DNA of 64,000 nucleotides from positions 256,001 through 320,000 of the forward strand of contig JBBRSB010000001.1 in NCBI GenBank assembly GCA_038245785.1, read 5' to 3'. The notes beneath the pieces are model-generated. The model had not been told where the DNA came from, did not search any database, and was given only the letters and a program-made list of their open reading frames with translations. This document shows, piece after piece, positions 49,945 through 59,908 of the stretch. Numbering within the stretch: position 1 is the stretch's first letter; each line of letters starts with the position of its first letter. Source of the stretch: Gloeobacterales cyanobacterium (GTDB lineage Bacteria; Cyanobacteriota; Cyanobacteriia; Gloeobacterales; PMM-0068). Both the position numbers and the translations under genes were made by a program.

Positions 49945-50880
49945 TTACTTGGCAAAGGCCGCGCGTAGAGTCGCGCTAGTTTCTTCCACGGCGGCTCTTG
50001 CTTGGTCTACCACTCCTGTCATATGGAAAAACAGGTGAATCATTCCCTCGTAGCGAATCTGCGTCACAGCCACATCATCTTCTCGAAGCCTCTCTGCATA
50101 ATGCTCACCCTCATCTCTCAAAAGATCGTACTGAGCGGTGATCACTAAGGCTGGGGGTAAATTCTTTAAACTTTTTACCCACAAGGGAGATAGATAGGAG
50201 TTTTTCAAGTCAGTCTCTTGGGTTAGATAGTGATTGAAAAACCAACGCATAGTTTCTCGGTCAAGCAAGGTTCCATCAGATTTTTCTTGGTAAGAAGCAC
50301 TGCTACAGGTTGCATCTAACACGGGATAAATCAAGACTTGATATGCCAGGGAAGGGCCGCCTTTGTCCCGTGCCATGAGGGCAACAACCGCCGCTAAGTT
50401 GCCCCCGGCACTATCGCCGCCCACCGCGATCCGGGTTGCATCAGCCCCTATTTCTGCTGCGTGCTCCGCAAGCCACTGAGTCGCAGCATACGCATCTTCT
50501 ATAGCTGTCGGAAATTTACACTCTGGAGCGCGCTGATAATCGACGGCAGCAACGATACAGCCAGCTCTATTCGCGAGCAGGCGGCAAAGTTGATCATGGG
50601 TTTCGAGATCGCCTACAACAAATCCGCCACCATGGAAGAACACTAAGAGCGGGAAAGGCTCCTCCCCGTCTGGTGTATAAACCCTCAACGAAATAGCTTG
50701 GGTGGGCCCTGGAATGGAAAGATTTTCAACTTTATGAACGGGCTCTGGTTCGCCTGCTAATCGGCGCATACCCATGTAAAACTGACGTGCTTCCACAGGT
50801 GGCAAACTCCTCAGAGGAGGTGCAGCTCCCATATGCGCAAGCAGCGCTTGGACCTGTGGATTTAAGGGAGATGTTGCCAT
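49945..50880 (-). CDS. HSL-family esterase/lipase
   Basis: HGGG, GDSAGG, YDLLRDEG, GMIH. Confidence 0.92.
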   Translation of the reverse strand: MATSPLNPQVQALLAHMGAAPPLRSLPPVEARQFYMGMRRLAGEPEPVHKVENLSIPGPTQAISLRVYTPDGEEPFPLLVFFHGGGFVVGDLETHDQLCRLLANRAGCIVAAVDYQRAPECKFPTAIEDAYAATQWLAEHAAEIGADATRIAVGGDSAGGNLAAVVALMARDKGGPSLAYQVLIYPVLDATCSSASYQEKSDGTLLDRETMRWFFNHYLTQETDLKNSYLSPLWVKSLKNLPPALVITAQYDLLRDEGEHYAERLREDDVAVTQIRYEGMIHLFFHMTGVVDQARAAVEETSATLRAAFAK

Positions 50881-50978
50881 GGTTGCTTCATAGATGACCG
50901 GAGAAGTCTAATAAAAACAGCCCCTGCTGTCTGTTCTTCAGGTCTCTGCAAAGTCGACAGATTCTATACAGTCAGGGG

Positions 50979-51428
50979 CTAACCCAACATTTCAATGCCG
51001 TGCTTTTGACCGACCGAGACCATTCTTTTCATATCCAAAGGCCCCTCAACCGCCGCCAGATCTTCTAAAAAATTCTGAAACCATGCCGAAACCGTGACGA
51101 TCAGGAGCCTGCCTCTGGTTTCTCCTACATTCTTATAGCCATGGGCAACTCCAGGAGGAATATGGATGTAGTCTCCAGCCGTTGCCTGAATCGTCTCTTC
51201 TGGCTGGGCTCCAAAAAACTCGAAGGATCCTGCGTGAACATAGAAAGTTTCTGAAGTATGTCTGTGGAGCGGTGCCCCTCCGCCGGGCGGAGTCATAATT
51301 TCTATGAGAGCAGCTTCTGCTGCATCATGCTCAGCTACTGCAACTTTGAAAATAATTTGGCCGCCATTCACGGAAATAGTCTTGCCCTCACCCGGTCGGA
51401 TCAGTTTGAGCGTGTGCTGAGTGGTCAT
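50979..51428 (-). CDS. Cupin-domain protein
   Basis: PLHRHTSETFYV and IPPGVAHGY cupin motifs; start taken at MTTQH. Confidence 0.85.
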   Translation of the reverse strand: MTTQHTLKLIRPGEGKTISVNGGQIIFKVAVAEHDAAEAALIEIMTPPGGGAPLHRHTSETFYVHAGSFEFFGAQPEETIQATAGDYIHIPPGVAHGYKNVGETRGRLLIVTVSAWFQNFLEDLAAVEGPLDMKRMVSVGQKHGIEMLG

Positions 51429-51530
51429 AATTTTCACCCCGATTTGCATCCTGTAGATACTCTATCGTTTGTCTCTGTCGGCTTGACATTGTAGATGCGA
51501 TAATCACATGGGCCTCTTTTGTAATTTCTC

Positions 51531-52679
51531 ATGTCATCCAAGCTGCCTGCTCTTCTAGTCCTTGAGGACGGTACAACTTTTCGGGGCTTTTCCTTTGGGG
51601 CGACCGGGACGACCACGGGCGAGCTGGTTTTTAATACGGGAATGACGGGCTACCAGGAAGTGCTCACGGACCCTAGCTACTGCGGCCAAATTGTAACGTT
51701 TACCTATCCGGAATTAGGGAATACAGGGATTAATCCGGAGGACGTGGAATCCAGCAAGCTTCAAGTCCGGGGAATCGTTGCGCGCAATATTGCCCAACGA
51801 CCTTCCAATTGGAGGTCTACGGCTTCGCTGACGGAACATTTACAGCAAGAGGGGATTGTCGGCATTGCCGGGGTGGATACAAGGGCTTTAACCCGTCATC
51901 TACGGACCCAAGGATCGATGAATGGAGCCATTTCTACAGAAATCCTAGACCCAGAAAAGCTCCTAACCCAAGCTAAAGCTGCTCCTTCGATGAAAGGCCG
52001 GGATTTAGTGCCTGAGGTAACGACGGCTAACTCTTATACCTGGGAAGACCAAGGGGACAGTCAATGGGAATTCCGAGCTGGCAAGACAGAAACCGGGACA
52101 GAAACTCCCCAATCCCTAAAAGTGGTGGCCTTGGATTTTGGGATTAAGTGGAATATCCTGCGTCGTTTGGTTTCCTATGGCTGCGAAGTGGTCGTGTTGC
52201 CAGCTACGAGCACCCTTGAAGAGATTATGAGTCATCAGCCCGATGGTATTTTTCTCTCCAATGGTCCTGGGGACCCAGCGGCGGTGACCTACGGCATTGA
52301 TACGGTGAAGCAATTGTTGGAGGTGGGCAAACCTGTTTTTGGTATCTGTTTGGGCCATCAAATCCTCGGTTTAGCGTTGGGGGGTAAAACCCACAAGCTC
52401 AAGTTTGGACATCGAGGGCTGAATCAGCCTGCGTCGTTTAATTCAAGGGTGGAAATTACCAGTCAGAATCATGGCTTTGTAGTAGATTCTGACTCTTTCC
52501 AAAATATGGATGTAGAAATCACTCACCTCAATCTGAATGACAACACCGTAGAAGGATTACGGCACCGCAGCCTGCCTGTTTTTTCTGTGCAATATCACCC
52601 TGAAGCCTCTCCTGGCCCCCATGATGCTGACTATTTGTTTGCTGAGTTTGTAGAAGAGATGAAGAAAGTTAAGGCTTAA
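51531..52679 (+). CDS. carA: Carbamoyl-phosphate synthase small subunit
   Basis: [34 protein letters not shown]. Confidence 0.97.
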   Translation: MSSKLPALLVLEDGTTFRGFSFGATGTTTGELVFNTGMTGYQEVLTDPSYCGQIVTFTYPELGNTGINPEDVESSKLQVRGIVARNIAQRPSNWRSTASLTEHLQQEGIVGIAGVDTRALTRHLRTQGSMNGAISTEILDPEKLLTQAKAAPSMKGRDLVPEVTTANSYTWEDQGDSQWEFRAGKTETGTETPQSLKVVALDFGIKWNILRRLVSYGCEVVVLPATSTLEEIMSHQPDGIFLSNGPGDPAAVTYGIDTVKQLLEVGKPVFGICLGHQILGLALGGKTHKLKFGHRGLNQPASFNSRVEITSQNHGFVVDSDSFQNMDVEITHLNLNDNTVEGLRHRSLPVFSVQYHPEASPGPHDADYLFAEFVEEMKKVKA

Positions 52680-52807
52680 CTCAGGAACCATGCGGTAGGG
52701 TAGTTCATCAAGCCTTCCATCTTCCCCTGAGCCATAAGGCATGAGGCTTCTACCCCCTTTCTGAAGGATGTGTTACCATTCTTAACATATTGATACTCCT
52801 CTTAAAA

Positions 52808-53617
52808 ATGCCCTCTTTACGCAGCTTCATAGTTCTACTGGCTTTGATCTTCGCTACTCCAGCCCATGCAGAAATCACACTGCCCCAGCCTGCCCGTCCG
52901 GTTGTAGACCTTACGGATACACTCACGGCAAAAGATGAGCAACAATTAACCAAAACTATTATCAAGCTTGAGAAAGACCTAAATTGGAAGGTCCGAATTC
53001 TCACCGTAAACCTCAAAAAGTACAGGCCTGGTGCTGACCCCGAGACGCTGAAAGACGAAACCCCAGGCCGTGCGGTGAAACCCTACTGGGGCTTGGATGA
53101 CCGTTCTATTCTCGTGGTTATGAACACTCGTGAAGACAATCCCCTGAATTTCAATGTTGGAGATGGATATCGGCAGACTTTGCCTAGAGTTTTCTGGAGA
53201 GAACTACAGGCTCGTTATGGCAACAAATTCTATGTAGCCGAGCATGGCCGCTCCCAGGCGATGCTAGCAACCGTCAGTGCTATTGATGAATCTCTACGCC
53301 AGGGCGGTAGGCCCTCTGTCCCTGGTTTGACCTCAGACCATCAGCTATTTACCTTTGTTCTTTCATTGATTGGCGGTCTGGTGGCAGGCTTTGCCAGTCA
53401 TCCCCGCAGCAAAGGTGAACGTTTTAATTGGAAAGGGTTTCTTATCTCTGCACCCCTCTGGGCCATTCTCTTTGTGTCTTTTGGCATCGGTCCTGTCGTC
53501 ACCCGAACAACTGATTTTCTACCCTTAGCCCAAAATATCGGTGGCTTTGTATTAGGCATGATCATCGCCTTATTGATTCCGACCCCAAAAAGAGCGAAGC
53601 AAATCAATCAGTATTAG
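52808..53617 (+). CDS. TPM-domain membrane protein (cyanobacterial conserved)
   Basis: Signal peptide, PVVDLTDTL, TPGRAVKPYWGL, C-terminal TM helices; ORF opens at 52790. Confidence 0.8.
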   Translation: MPSLRSFIVLLALIFATPAHAEITLPQPARPVVDLTDTLTAKDEQQLTKTIIKLEKDLNWKVRILTVNLKKYRPGADPETLKDETPGRAVKPYWGLDDRSILVVMNTREDNPLNFNVGDGYRQTLPRVFWRELQARYGNKFYVAEHGRSQAMLATVSAIDESLRQGGRPSVPGLTSDHQLFTFVLSLIGGLVAGFASHPRSKGERFNWKGFLISAPLWAILFVSFGIGPVVTRTTDFLPLAQNIGGFVLGMIIALLIPTPKRAKQINQY

Positions 53618-53669
53618 ATCTCTTGAGATGCCCCAAGCTAACAAGAACTTTAATCCTGTAAGGGCTTTG

Positions 53670-53698
53670 CCCCCTTATTAAGGGGGGTTGGGGGGCTC
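53670..53698. repeat. Single C/G-rich REP-like hairpin
   Basis: cccccttattaaggggggttggggggctc between convergent genes. Confidence 0.55.
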
Positions 53699-54871
53699 TC
53701 AAAAGAAATCTGGCATCCAAGGCAGACTTCCTGAGAATAGTCTTGTAGCAATGGACAGAGTTTCCTCTGTAGCTTTTAGCTGACCTGTCCACTGCAACTG
53801 CTGAGGGGTGAATAATCCCGTATAGAGGGGTGACAATCCTCGAATATTTAGCTGTAAATCTCCTCTGCCTCCTTTAGTGACTTCACCCTGCCCCTCTGCT
53901 ACTTTTAAGATGAATTTTCCACTATTTTGAGTTAGCAAATCATCTTCAATTTCTAGATGTAATTCTGCTGATATGTTCTTTGGATAACCTCGCTTTTCTA
54001 AGGCTTTTTGAACATTTACAATGCGTAGCATCCAATGTCCCAAATTGCGAATTTTTGCGGTTCGTTCATTAAGTGAGAAAGAGAGCGTGTCAAAGCTGGA
54101 ATGCTGCCAGCGCACTTTTCCCACTATGGACCGATGGTCTGCTATAAAGCTCCAGAACCTCTGAATTGCTGCAGGAGTGAGTAATGCCCAATCCTTGATA
54201 TGCATATAGATACTATTGTTCTCCTGATGTTGACTGAAGATGATATAGCCCTCTGGATGAGCTTCTTCTCCGATGAGATAAGCATAGACAGGTGGTTCCA
54301 GAATGCCCTTCCAAATAGCTTGATTCCGCTCTAAGTATCCATTGTTCGCTTTTGCTTGCTGGGTATAGAGGTTGGTGAAGATCTGGTGATTTAGATGGGC
54401 ATTTTGTACAGGAATGACGGGCAGGGCGCGGTCTTTGAGATTAATACTGTCCGTCTTTATTTCCCAATCACAGCGCATGCCTCCTTGTTCATAGCCCACC
54501 TGTCGATAGAAGTATTGCGTGGCTGGATAAAGAGAAGAAAGGGGTGTTCCCTGAGCGTAAAGCTCTAGGAGCATCTGTTGCATCAAGGCCAACGCAGCAC
54601 CGGAGCCGCGATGCTCGGGTGCAACGCCAACGGCAGCGATGCCCGCCATCGGAATACACTGCTCCCCAAACCACTGCCCCATCTGCAAGATGGCCAATCC
54701 GCCAACAATTTGCTCTGACCGACGGATAGTCCGAAAGTTTTCTAATCCCACCCGAGCGCAATAAGCTGCTGCTGCCTCTGGTGAACTGTTAAAGCATTGC
54801 TGAAGAATTGCCCCTAAGATCTGACTGTCTTCAGGACTGGAAATAGGGCCATACTCAAATCGAGATGCCAT
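53699..54871 (-). CDS. Eis-like GNAT acetyltransferase with SCP2-like C-terminus
   Basis: GIAAVGVAPEHRGSG, SLYP...FYRQVGYE, WMLRIVNV, ends PDFF; start taken at MASRF. Confidence 0.88.
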   Translation of the reverse strand: MASRFEYGPISSPEDSQILGAILQQCFNSSPEAAAAYCARVGLENFRTIRRSEQIVGGLAILQMGQWFGEQCIPMAGIAAVGVAPEHRGSGAALALMQQMLLELYAQGTPLSSLYPATQYFYRQVGYEQGGMRCDWEIKTDSINLKDRALPVIPVQNAHLNHQIFTNLYTQQAKANNGYLERNQAIWKGILEPPVYAYLIGEEAHPEGYIIFSQHQENNSIYMHIKDWALLTPAAIQRFWSFIADHRSIVGKVRWQHSSFDTLSFSLNERTAKIRNLGHWMLRIVNVQKALEKRGYPKNISAELHLEIEDDLLTQNSGKFILKVAEGQGEVTKGGRGDLQLNIRGLSPLYTGLFTPQQLQWTGQLKATEETLSIATRLFSGSLPWMPDFF

Positions 54872-54982
54872 AGAATTCCTCAAGCGGCTTATTACAAAAA
54901 GTCTAACGGGTGCTCGATTCACACACTTCTCGGACACCACCAACGGCATTAAACAAAAGGACAGATCGTTAGGTTGCTGAGG

Positions 54983-55357
54983 TTAGATCTTAGTAGACGT
55001 ACTCTGCATCACAGTGGGTCCGGTAGGATAACGGCCAGATTCAGACGCTTCCAATGTCACGAATAAACTGGAACTGCCTGTGTCATAAAAGTCAGCAGGC
55101 ATCCAGAATTTCTCCAGCACCTTCCCTTGGAGGTTGGTCTTTAGGGTGCCACAGGGAATCTTTTCGCCATCGGCGATCGCCCACAGCCGATGGACCTTAC
55201 CTGCCGGAGGAGCTGCCAGATTTTGCACGGTAAGAATCCCCTGCCGCTGCCCCAGATTCACCACAAAGCTACCCGAAGCGGTATCTGTCACATTCATCGC
55301 CTTGAGCGAGAAAAGTTGCGTCTGGGACTGTTGCAGGAGGGCGTTGATATCCTGGGC
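54983..55357 (-). pseudogene. 3' fragment of an RskA-type anti-sigma factor
   Basis: LAAPPAGKVHRLWAI, LFVTLE...PTGPTV C-terminal domain only; no TM helix or N-terminal domain. Confidence 0.7.
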
Positions 55358-55619
55358 CCTGTTGCTTTCATTGCTGTCCCGCTTTTCGTCGGTCACTGTG
55401 TTGAGCGGTCATATCCATCAGGTAATTCAACGCAGCGAAGGCAATATTCGTTTTCACACGGCGTCGACAACCGCCTATCCTCTACCCGCCCCAGGCAACG
55501 GTGAGCAGCCCACTCCCGTAAAGCTCCCCGAAAAAAATCTGTTGGCGATACTAAGATTTCGTACAGTTGAAGTGATTGCAGGGAAGAATGCCAAAGTTGG
55601 CCAACATTCTCTGGGATAG
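55356..55619 (+). pseudogene. 3' fragment of a calcineurin-like metallophosphoesterase
   Basis: LLSRFSSVTVLSGHIHQ...FHTASTTAYPLPAPG: only the last GHxH motif is present. Confidence 0.7.
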
Positions 55620-55659
55620 AGGCAATAGCCAAGTTCTGGATGGTGAATTTGATTTCAAT

Positions 55660-56424
55660 TTAAACAGCCACAGCGACTGCAGATTCAATTGGCTGGTAAA
55701 TCGAACTCGAAAATGGATGGAAGCCCTCTGGCCAACGTGCTGTCAGTTTGCAAAGCAAACGGAACTGAATAGGAGTAGGGGGTAGATTGACACGTTCAAC
55801 TGTTACTTTTACAGACTGTTCAGCTCCTGAAGGTTGTCTTAGTAGTTTAAAGACATCATCTAAGAGATATCGAGGGCAATAACCAGCGTTGTAACCATCC
55901 TCTGTGCGTAGTAGCAAAGCGTGTTTGTCATGAGGATTTTGAAAGTCATGCATGAGCAACAGGGAGTCACCTGAACTTAAACCCTGAAGTCTAAGTTGAC
56001 TCTCCGCTGGTCGGTGCCGAATCCCATGAACAAAGAAATAAAGATGGTAAGATCCCTCGTTATCTGGCTCGGGCGAAGGAAAGACTTCAAAATTATCAGT
56101 TGCTCGCTGTCCCCCACTACGGCCCAGTAGCGTAATTTCATCCTTCTCTTCAGGAGAGATGTTTAACCATTGGATGAAATCTGGGTAGTCTGGTCGTGAG
56201 GGACGCAGAATACGATTGGCAAACAGAGGAAATAGTTCTGGTGATTCGTAAACCCTGTTCAAATCTGGGAATAGCCATAACGGTTGGAAACCACATTGTT
56301 TTTGCGCTTCCTGTGCACCGTTGACATAAACAAATCGGTACGTAGCGCCATCAGAAGTTAATCTCCCAATGGGGAACCATGAGCGACTCGACTGATCCTG
56401 CCAAGCTAGATACAGAGTTTTCAA
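55660..56424 (-). CDS. HipS-like N-terminal domain fused to a HIRAN domain
   Basis: LAWQD...PIGRL...YRFVY, ELFPLFANR, TDNFEV, then FFVHGIRH...NPHDKHAL...GYCPRYL; 4 bp overlap with the kinase. Confidence 0.8.
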   Translation of the reverse strand: MKTLYLAWQDQSSRSWFPIGRLTSDGATYRFVYVNGAQEAQKQCGFQPLWLFPDLNRVYESPELFPLFANRILRPSRPDYPDFIQWLNISPEEKDEITLLGRSGGQRATDNFEVFPSPEPDNEGSYHLYFFVHGIRHRPAESQLRLQGLSSGDSLLLMHDFQNPHDKHALLLRTEDGYNAGYCPRYLLDDVFKLLRQPSGAEQSVKVTVERVNLPPTPIQFRLLCKLTARWPEGFHPFSSSIYQPIESAVAVAV

Positions 56425-57338
56425 GATAATTTCTCCCGCAAGTCAAGCAGGCTATGTTGGTTCATTTCTAACACTTTCTGAGCAAAATCGATGGCTGTTT
56501 TTGAGATTCGTGCTGATGGAATTCGCTGGAGGAGTTCCATTGTATCAGTTGTTGAAACATCCTCTAAACGCCCAAGCCATGCTCGTGCGGCACCAGGGTA
56601 ACGCTTTGCCGCATCATGGAATGCGACAAGTGTGAACATCGCTTTTTTATCACCATCCTGAACGTACAGTGCCGACCTGCATTTAGCCACATATTTGTGA
56701 ACAGAGTTTTCATTGAGCATTATTTCGCGTTTACTGTCCTGCAATTCCCGACCAAGACAGGAAGCATGGTCATAGCTAGACGCCAGATGATACATAGTTG
56801 AGGCTTCCCCAGATCTAGCAAGAAATCCCCAGTTTTCGTGGTGTCTATCAGTGTTTCCAATCCATGCATCTAAGAGGAGATACCCTAGGAAGACTTCTAC
56901 TGCAGTTGTTATTCCATTAGGAGGTGCCCAGCCAAGAGGTAGCTGCACCACTTCACTTCCAATAACATCTAGCACAATGTCAAGCGTATGTTGCGACACT
57001 TTAAAGGTTCGATCTGTGGGATAGCTTAGATCACGCCTAGCCAAAATTTCATTGCCATGAACGAGAGCATTACCCTCATGAATTAGAGAAGGAGATACGA
57101 TGCCAAACGCTCCATTATGAATGGCTAACTCATAACGAGCGTGAGGTAATCCCAGCCACTCACACAGTTCCGAAGCTATTTTCTCAGACCAGTCTTCCCC
57201 CGTATTGGGCCGAGCTTCTTTATAGAGGCAATAACCCAGTTCTGAGTGGTGAAACCAAAATTTGTCCTTGGTTCCCATTGCTTCAATTTCCTCAGCAGCA
57301 TCAATAGGAACATCGATAATGGGAAATTGGTTATCCAC
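56421..57338 (-). CDS. HipA-like (HipT/CtkA-type) Ser/Thr kinase
   Basis: GTKDKFW, EDWSEKIASEL, DAWIGNTDRHHENWG catalytic loop, YDHASCL. Confidence 0.85.
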   Translation of the reverse strand: MDNQFPIIDVPIDAAEEIEAMGTKDKFWFHHSELGYCLYKEARPNTGEDWSEKIASELCEWLGLPHARYELAIHNGAFGIVSPSLIHEGNALVHGNEILARRDLSYPTDRTFKVSQHTLDIVLDVIGSEVVQLPLGWAPPNGITTAVEVFLGYLLLDAWIGNTDRHHENWGFLARSGEASTMYHLASSYDHASCLGRELQDSKREIMLNENSVHKYVAKCRSALYVQDGDKKAMFTLVAFHDAAKRYPGAARAWLGRLEDVSTTDTMELLQRIPSARISKTAIDFAQKVLEMNQHSLLDLREKLS

Positions 57339-57395
57339 ATGGCCTCGTGCTGTTTTGTCCGATGCAAGTATGCCCTATCTGACGGTGTAAAACGT

Positions 57396-57665
57396 ATGAA
57401 CGTTATTCTCTACAGCAAACCAGGCTGTCACCTTTGCGAAGGAATGCAAGAAAAACTCAGCGCTGTCCAGAGCTTTTGGCCCTTTGAGCTAGAAATAAGA
57501 GATATATTGACCAATCCTGAATGGTTTGAGCGATATCAGTACACTATTCCCGTAATTCAAGTGGGCGATAAAATTCTTCCACCACAACCGCCCCACATTC
57601 CGGTACAACAGTTGCAGCGGTTGCTTGTGAGGATGAAGGATGCGGCTGAAGGAACTACTCCATAA
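57396..57665 (+). CDS. Glutaredoxin-like protein (DUF836 type)
   Basis: LYSKPGCHLCE, RYQYTIPV; start at ATG 57396. Confidence 0.85.
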   Translation: MNVILYSKPGCHLCEGMQEKLSAVQSFWPFELEIRDILTNPEWFERYQYTIPVIQVGDKILPPQPPHIPVQQLQRLLVRMKDAAEGTTP

Positions 57666-59106
57666 AGCGGGTTTAAATCAATTAGTAGATGGGATAGTAG
57701 ACGAAGAGATTTTGGGGTTGACGACCGATTCGCGGGCGGTGAAACCAGGAGATTTATTCATCGGTTTGCCAGGAACTAAAGTAGATGGCGGTGAATTTTG
57801 GGCTCAAGCCGTTGCCCAAGGAGCTAGGGCGCTGGTACTCAGTGAAGGGATTAAGGCAGAAAGTTCGCTACCCACGGTTCATGACTCGGACATATCCGCA
57901 CTGTGTGGGCGTCTTGCCAGCGCATTCTATGATTTCCCTGCCCAGAAATTGGCCTTGGCCGGAGTGACCGGGACTAATGGCAAAACAACAACAACCTATC
58001 TTTTAGAGCATCTGCTCAATAGTAGTGGTCATAAATCAGCCCTTCTTGGCACCTTAGTCGCCCGCTGGCCTGGATTTAGTCAGGTGGCCCAACATACCAC
58101 TCCCTTCTCCGTTGATATTCAGAAGACCTTAGCCCAGGCTGTTGAGGCGGGTTGCACCCATGGCGTCATGGAAGTAAGTTCCCATGCCTTGGCCCAAAAG
58201 CGAGTCTACCCCCTTACCTTTAAGACCGCTGTCTTTACGAACCTTACCCAAGACCATTTGGACTACCACCCGACGATGGAGGATTATTTCCAAGCAAAGG
58301 CGCTCCTCTTTAGTCCGGAATACCTCCAAGGACCAGGGATTATTAATCGAGATGATCTCTACGGTCAGCGTCTCTTGGAAGGTTCTGACCATATTTCCTA
58401 TGGCCTGACCTCAGAGGCAGACATCTATGCCCGAGATTTGACCCTTGCGCCCCAAGGTATGCAGGGAACCCTGGTTACACCACAAGGAACGGCCCTATTT
58501 CAGGCTCCCCTGGTCGGCCAGTTTAATTTATATAATCTCTTAGGAGCCGTCGGAGGGGCTTTGTCCCTGGGCCTAGATCTGGAGCAGATTATTGAAGGGT
58601 TAACGAACTTTGCTGGAGTGCCTGGACGAATGGAGCGCGTCACAAGCCTAGAAGATGACATCACAGTTCTCGTCGACTATGCCCACACTCCAGATGGTTT
58701 GAAAAGTTTGCTGGAAGCAGCACGACCCTTTATTCCTGGCCGTTTAATCTGTGTCTTTGGCTGTGGCGGAGACCGAGACAGAAGCAAGCGCCCAAAAATG
58801 GGAGCGATTACGGCTGAGTTGGCCGATGTCTTGGTCGTTACTTCCGATAATCCACGAACAGAAGATTCACAGAGAATTCTGGATGATGTGATGACGGGGA
58901 TTTCTACCACAAAACCTGTGCTGGTCCAGGTAGACCGCCGTCTTGCCATAGAAGAAGCGATTGTCCAAGCTAAACCAGGAGATGGCATCGTCATTGCAGG
59001 AAAAGGCCATGAAGATTATCAAATCCTTGGCACCATCAAATATCCCTTCGACGACCGCGAAGAAAGCCGTAAAGCGTTGAAGCTAAGAGCGAACCATTCG
59101 GGTTAA
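57640..59106 (+). CDS. murE: UDP-MurNAc-tripeptide (meso-DAP) ligase
   Basis: GVTGTNGKTT, MEVSSH, DHLDYH, DYAHTPD, DNPR, GKGHE. Confidence 0.97.
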   Translation: MRLKELLHKAGLNQLVDGIVDEEILGLTTDSRAVKPGDLFIGLPGTKVDGGEFWAQAVAQGARALVLSEGIKAESSLPTVHDSDISALCGRLASAFYDFPAQKLALAGVTGTNGKTTTTYLLEHLLNSSGHKSALLGTLVARWPGFSQVAQHTTPFSVDIQKTLAQAVEAGCTHGVMEVSSHALAQKRVYPLTFKTAVFTNLTQDHLDYHPTMEDYFQAKALLFSPEYLQGPGIINRDDLYGQRLLEGSDHISYGLTSEADIYARDLTLAPQGMQGTLVTPQGTALFQAPLVGQFNLYNLLGAVGGALSLGLDLEQIIEGLTNFAGVPGRMERVTSLEDDITVLVDYAHTPDGLKSLLEAARPFIPGRLICVFGCGGDRDRSKRPKMGAITAELADVLVVTSDNPRTEDSQRILDDVMTGISTTKPVLVQVDRRLAIEEAIVQAKPGDGIVIAGKGHEDYQILGTIKYPFDDREESRKALKLRANHSG

Positions 59107-59607
59107 TTCCCGAAGACGGTCAATAACAGGACCATAGGGATCCTCAAGCGATGTTTTTTCTAGGACACTGCTTGCGCTCGAGGAGACTTTGGCTTGTAAC
59201 ATTTCTTGAACTTCTGGATGTAGACCAATGGGGAAACTAGAGCTGGCATAGAAAGCTTTAGACTTTTTAGATACCGTTGACTTTGATCTACTTGGTGCTG
59301 GAGACATGGGATCAATAGGTTTGACAATAGGCTCCCAATCCAAGCCTAAAATCATCCGTTTGAATTCACGGTCAAAATTGCAGCGGGGTTCTCCTCTGCG
59401 CTCCCAGAATCTTAAAATTTGTTCTACAGAGGCAACTTTATATCGGCCCTGATAAGCAGCCTGAACCACTGCCAGGGGAATCCACTCGGAAGAGAATGTC
59501 TCCTGCCAAGCACTTAATATTTTGGATAAACCAGGACTACTGATTCCCTCAAACCTAAATTTCGAAAGAGTTTCATGTATGTTGATAGCTTCTGATGTAT
59601 CGCTCAC
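59083..59607 (-). CDS. Conserved cyanobacterial hypothetical protein
   Basis: AYQGRYKVASVEQILRFWERRG motif. Confidence 0.65.
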   Translation of the reverse strand: MSDTSEAINIHETLSKFRFEGISSPGLSKILSAWQETFSSEWIPLAVVQAAYQGRYKVASVEQILRFWERRGEPRCNFDREFKRMILGLDWEPIVKPIDPMSPAPSRSKSTVSKKSKAFYASSSFPIGLHPEVQEMLQAKVSSSASSVLEKTSLEDPYGPVIDRLRELTRMVRS

Positions 59608-59908
59608 TGGACGTACAACTCCTTTTCAATTTACTGCAATGGTCAACAGTCTAACTAAAATAGATTGTCAAACTAGCATTGCGCTAAACGAGATTTAAGC
59701 ATACCTTAACTTGTCCCTCTTGGTTGTCAACTCTGCAACAACAATAAACAAAGTAAGCTGTGAATTTTTTGCAAAGAAATATAGACTGTTTTCTTAAGAA
59801 TATCAGCCTAAACTACGGCAAAAAAGGGTAGCACCCGGAAAGTATAACAATAATGAGCTGTAAGCGTGTTTGCTGGGCCCCTAGAAAATGTCAAAATATG
59901 CCTAATCG

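Noticed and set aside
55134..55632. Overlapping 161, 104, 79 and 137 aa ORFs as intact genes
   Set aside because: Explained by two truncated gene tails fused head-to-head
59608..59908. Possible guanidine riboswitch before the ureohydrolase-fold gene
   Set aside because: No ykkC or mini-ykkC (ACGR-loop hairpin pair) consensus recognisable; AT-rich promoter-like DNA
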